Source of the DNA: Planctomycetota bacterium
GTDB lineage: Bacteria; Planctomycetota; J058; JAJDCQ01
DNA length: 64,000 bases
Assembly: GCA_029260755.1 (NCBI GenBank)
Contig: JAJDCQ010000115.1
Coordinates: 24,929 to 88,928, forward strand
Reading direction: 5' to 3'
The notes under the pieces are model-generated. The model saw only the letters and a program-made list of their open reading frames with translations, was not told the origin of the DNA and searched no databases. The position numbers and the translations under genes are program-made. This document shows, in pieces, positions 63,346 through 64,000 of this stretch (the stretch's first letter is position 1; every line of letters starts with the position of its first letter).

Positions 63346-63363
63346 CGTCGACTCCTCGCTCGG

Positions 63364-64000
63364 CTACTTCCGAAGCCAGTTGGTGAAGAGGTGAACGGTG
63401 GCCTGCCGGCCGAGGACGGCGATCGCCTCGGTCAGGTGGATCTCCTTCGGGCACGCCTCGACGCACGCCTGGGCGTTGCCACAGTCGGTGATCCCGCCCG
63501 GTCCCATGACCGCCTCCATCCGCTCGGCGTTGTTCATCATGCCCGTCGGATGGCTGTTGAAGAGGACCGCCTGGCCCATCGCCGCCGCGCCCATGAAGTC
63601 GCTTCGGTCGTTGACCTGCGGGCACACCTCGAGGCAGCAGCCGCACGTCATGCAGCGGCTGAAGTCGTAGGCGACCTGCTGCTCGTCCTGACTCAGCTTC
63701 GGGCCCGGCCCGAGGTCGTAGGTCCCGTCGATCGGGATCCACGCCTTGATCTTCTTGAGGTTGTCGAACATGACCTTGCGGTCGACGATCAGATCACGGA
63801 CGAGCGGGAACTTCGACATCGGCTCGATCGTGATCGGTTGCTCGAGGTGGTCGATCAGCGAGCTGCACGCCTGGCGAACCTGCTGGTTCACCACCATCGT
63901 GCAGGCGCCGCAGACCTCCTCGAGGCACATGCACTCCCAGGAGACGGGCGTCGTTTTCTGCCCGTCGCGCCGCGTCGGCTTGCGCTGAATCTCCATCAGG
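63364..64000 (-). CDS. sdhB: Succinate dehydrogenase iron-sulfur subunit; 5' end outside the window
   Basis: CLEEVCGAC...RQAC, RDLIVDR, CMTCGCCLEVCP, CGNAQACVEACPK. Confidence 0.95.
   Translation of the reverse strand, partial: LMEIQRKPTRRDGQKTTPVSWECMCLEEVCGACTMVVNQQVRQACSSLIDHLEQPITIEPMSKFPLVRDLIVDRKVMFDNLKKIKAWIPIDGTYDLGPGPKLSQDEQQVAYDFSRCMTCGCCLEVCPQVNDRSDFMGAAAMGQAVLFNSHPTGMMNNAERMEAVMGPGGITDCGNAQACVEACPKEIHLTEAIAVLGRQATVHLFTNWLRK

Overview
A very GC-rich (by eye about 70%), gene-dense bacterial chromosome segment. The gene content (Hanks kinases, FGE-sulfatase domain, HEAT proteins, split cytochrome b, PilM-like T2SS genes) suggests a Planctomycetota-like organism; this is inference only. 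In order: a partial clan GH-A glycoside hydrolase, clpS, an atypical aldo/keto reductase, and a four-gene type II secretion/pilus assembly block. Next come a FAH-family hydrolase and a NitT/TauT-type ABC transporter whose binding protein carries an OmpA-like domain. A respiratory operon follows (octaheme cytochrome c, cupredoxin-like protein, Rieske protein, cytochrome b6, extended subunit IV, HEAT protein, small membrane proteins) behind a Rex/CRP-like operator. Then a GAF-GAF-PP2C phosphatase, a cytochrome P460/c'-beta-like lipoprotein, an orphan ORF followed by a ~600-nt inverted pair of structured non-coding elements, and a MacB/LolCDE-type ABC transporter. The last third holds a CsgG-COG3014-YcfL-LpoB-CsgG envelope cluster, pyrF, an O-antigen ligase-like protein, a GGDEF-STAND-HEAT protein, an exported TlpA-like probable selenoprotein (in-frame UGA in UxxC plus a SECIS-like hairpin, split in the ORF track), a Pro-rich low-complexity protein, two paralogous Ser/Thr kinases, moaB and a partial sdhB. 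Several families of palindromic intergenic repeats occur. No rRNA, tRNA, CRISPR array or transposase was recognised. All calls come from motif reading; no database search was run.
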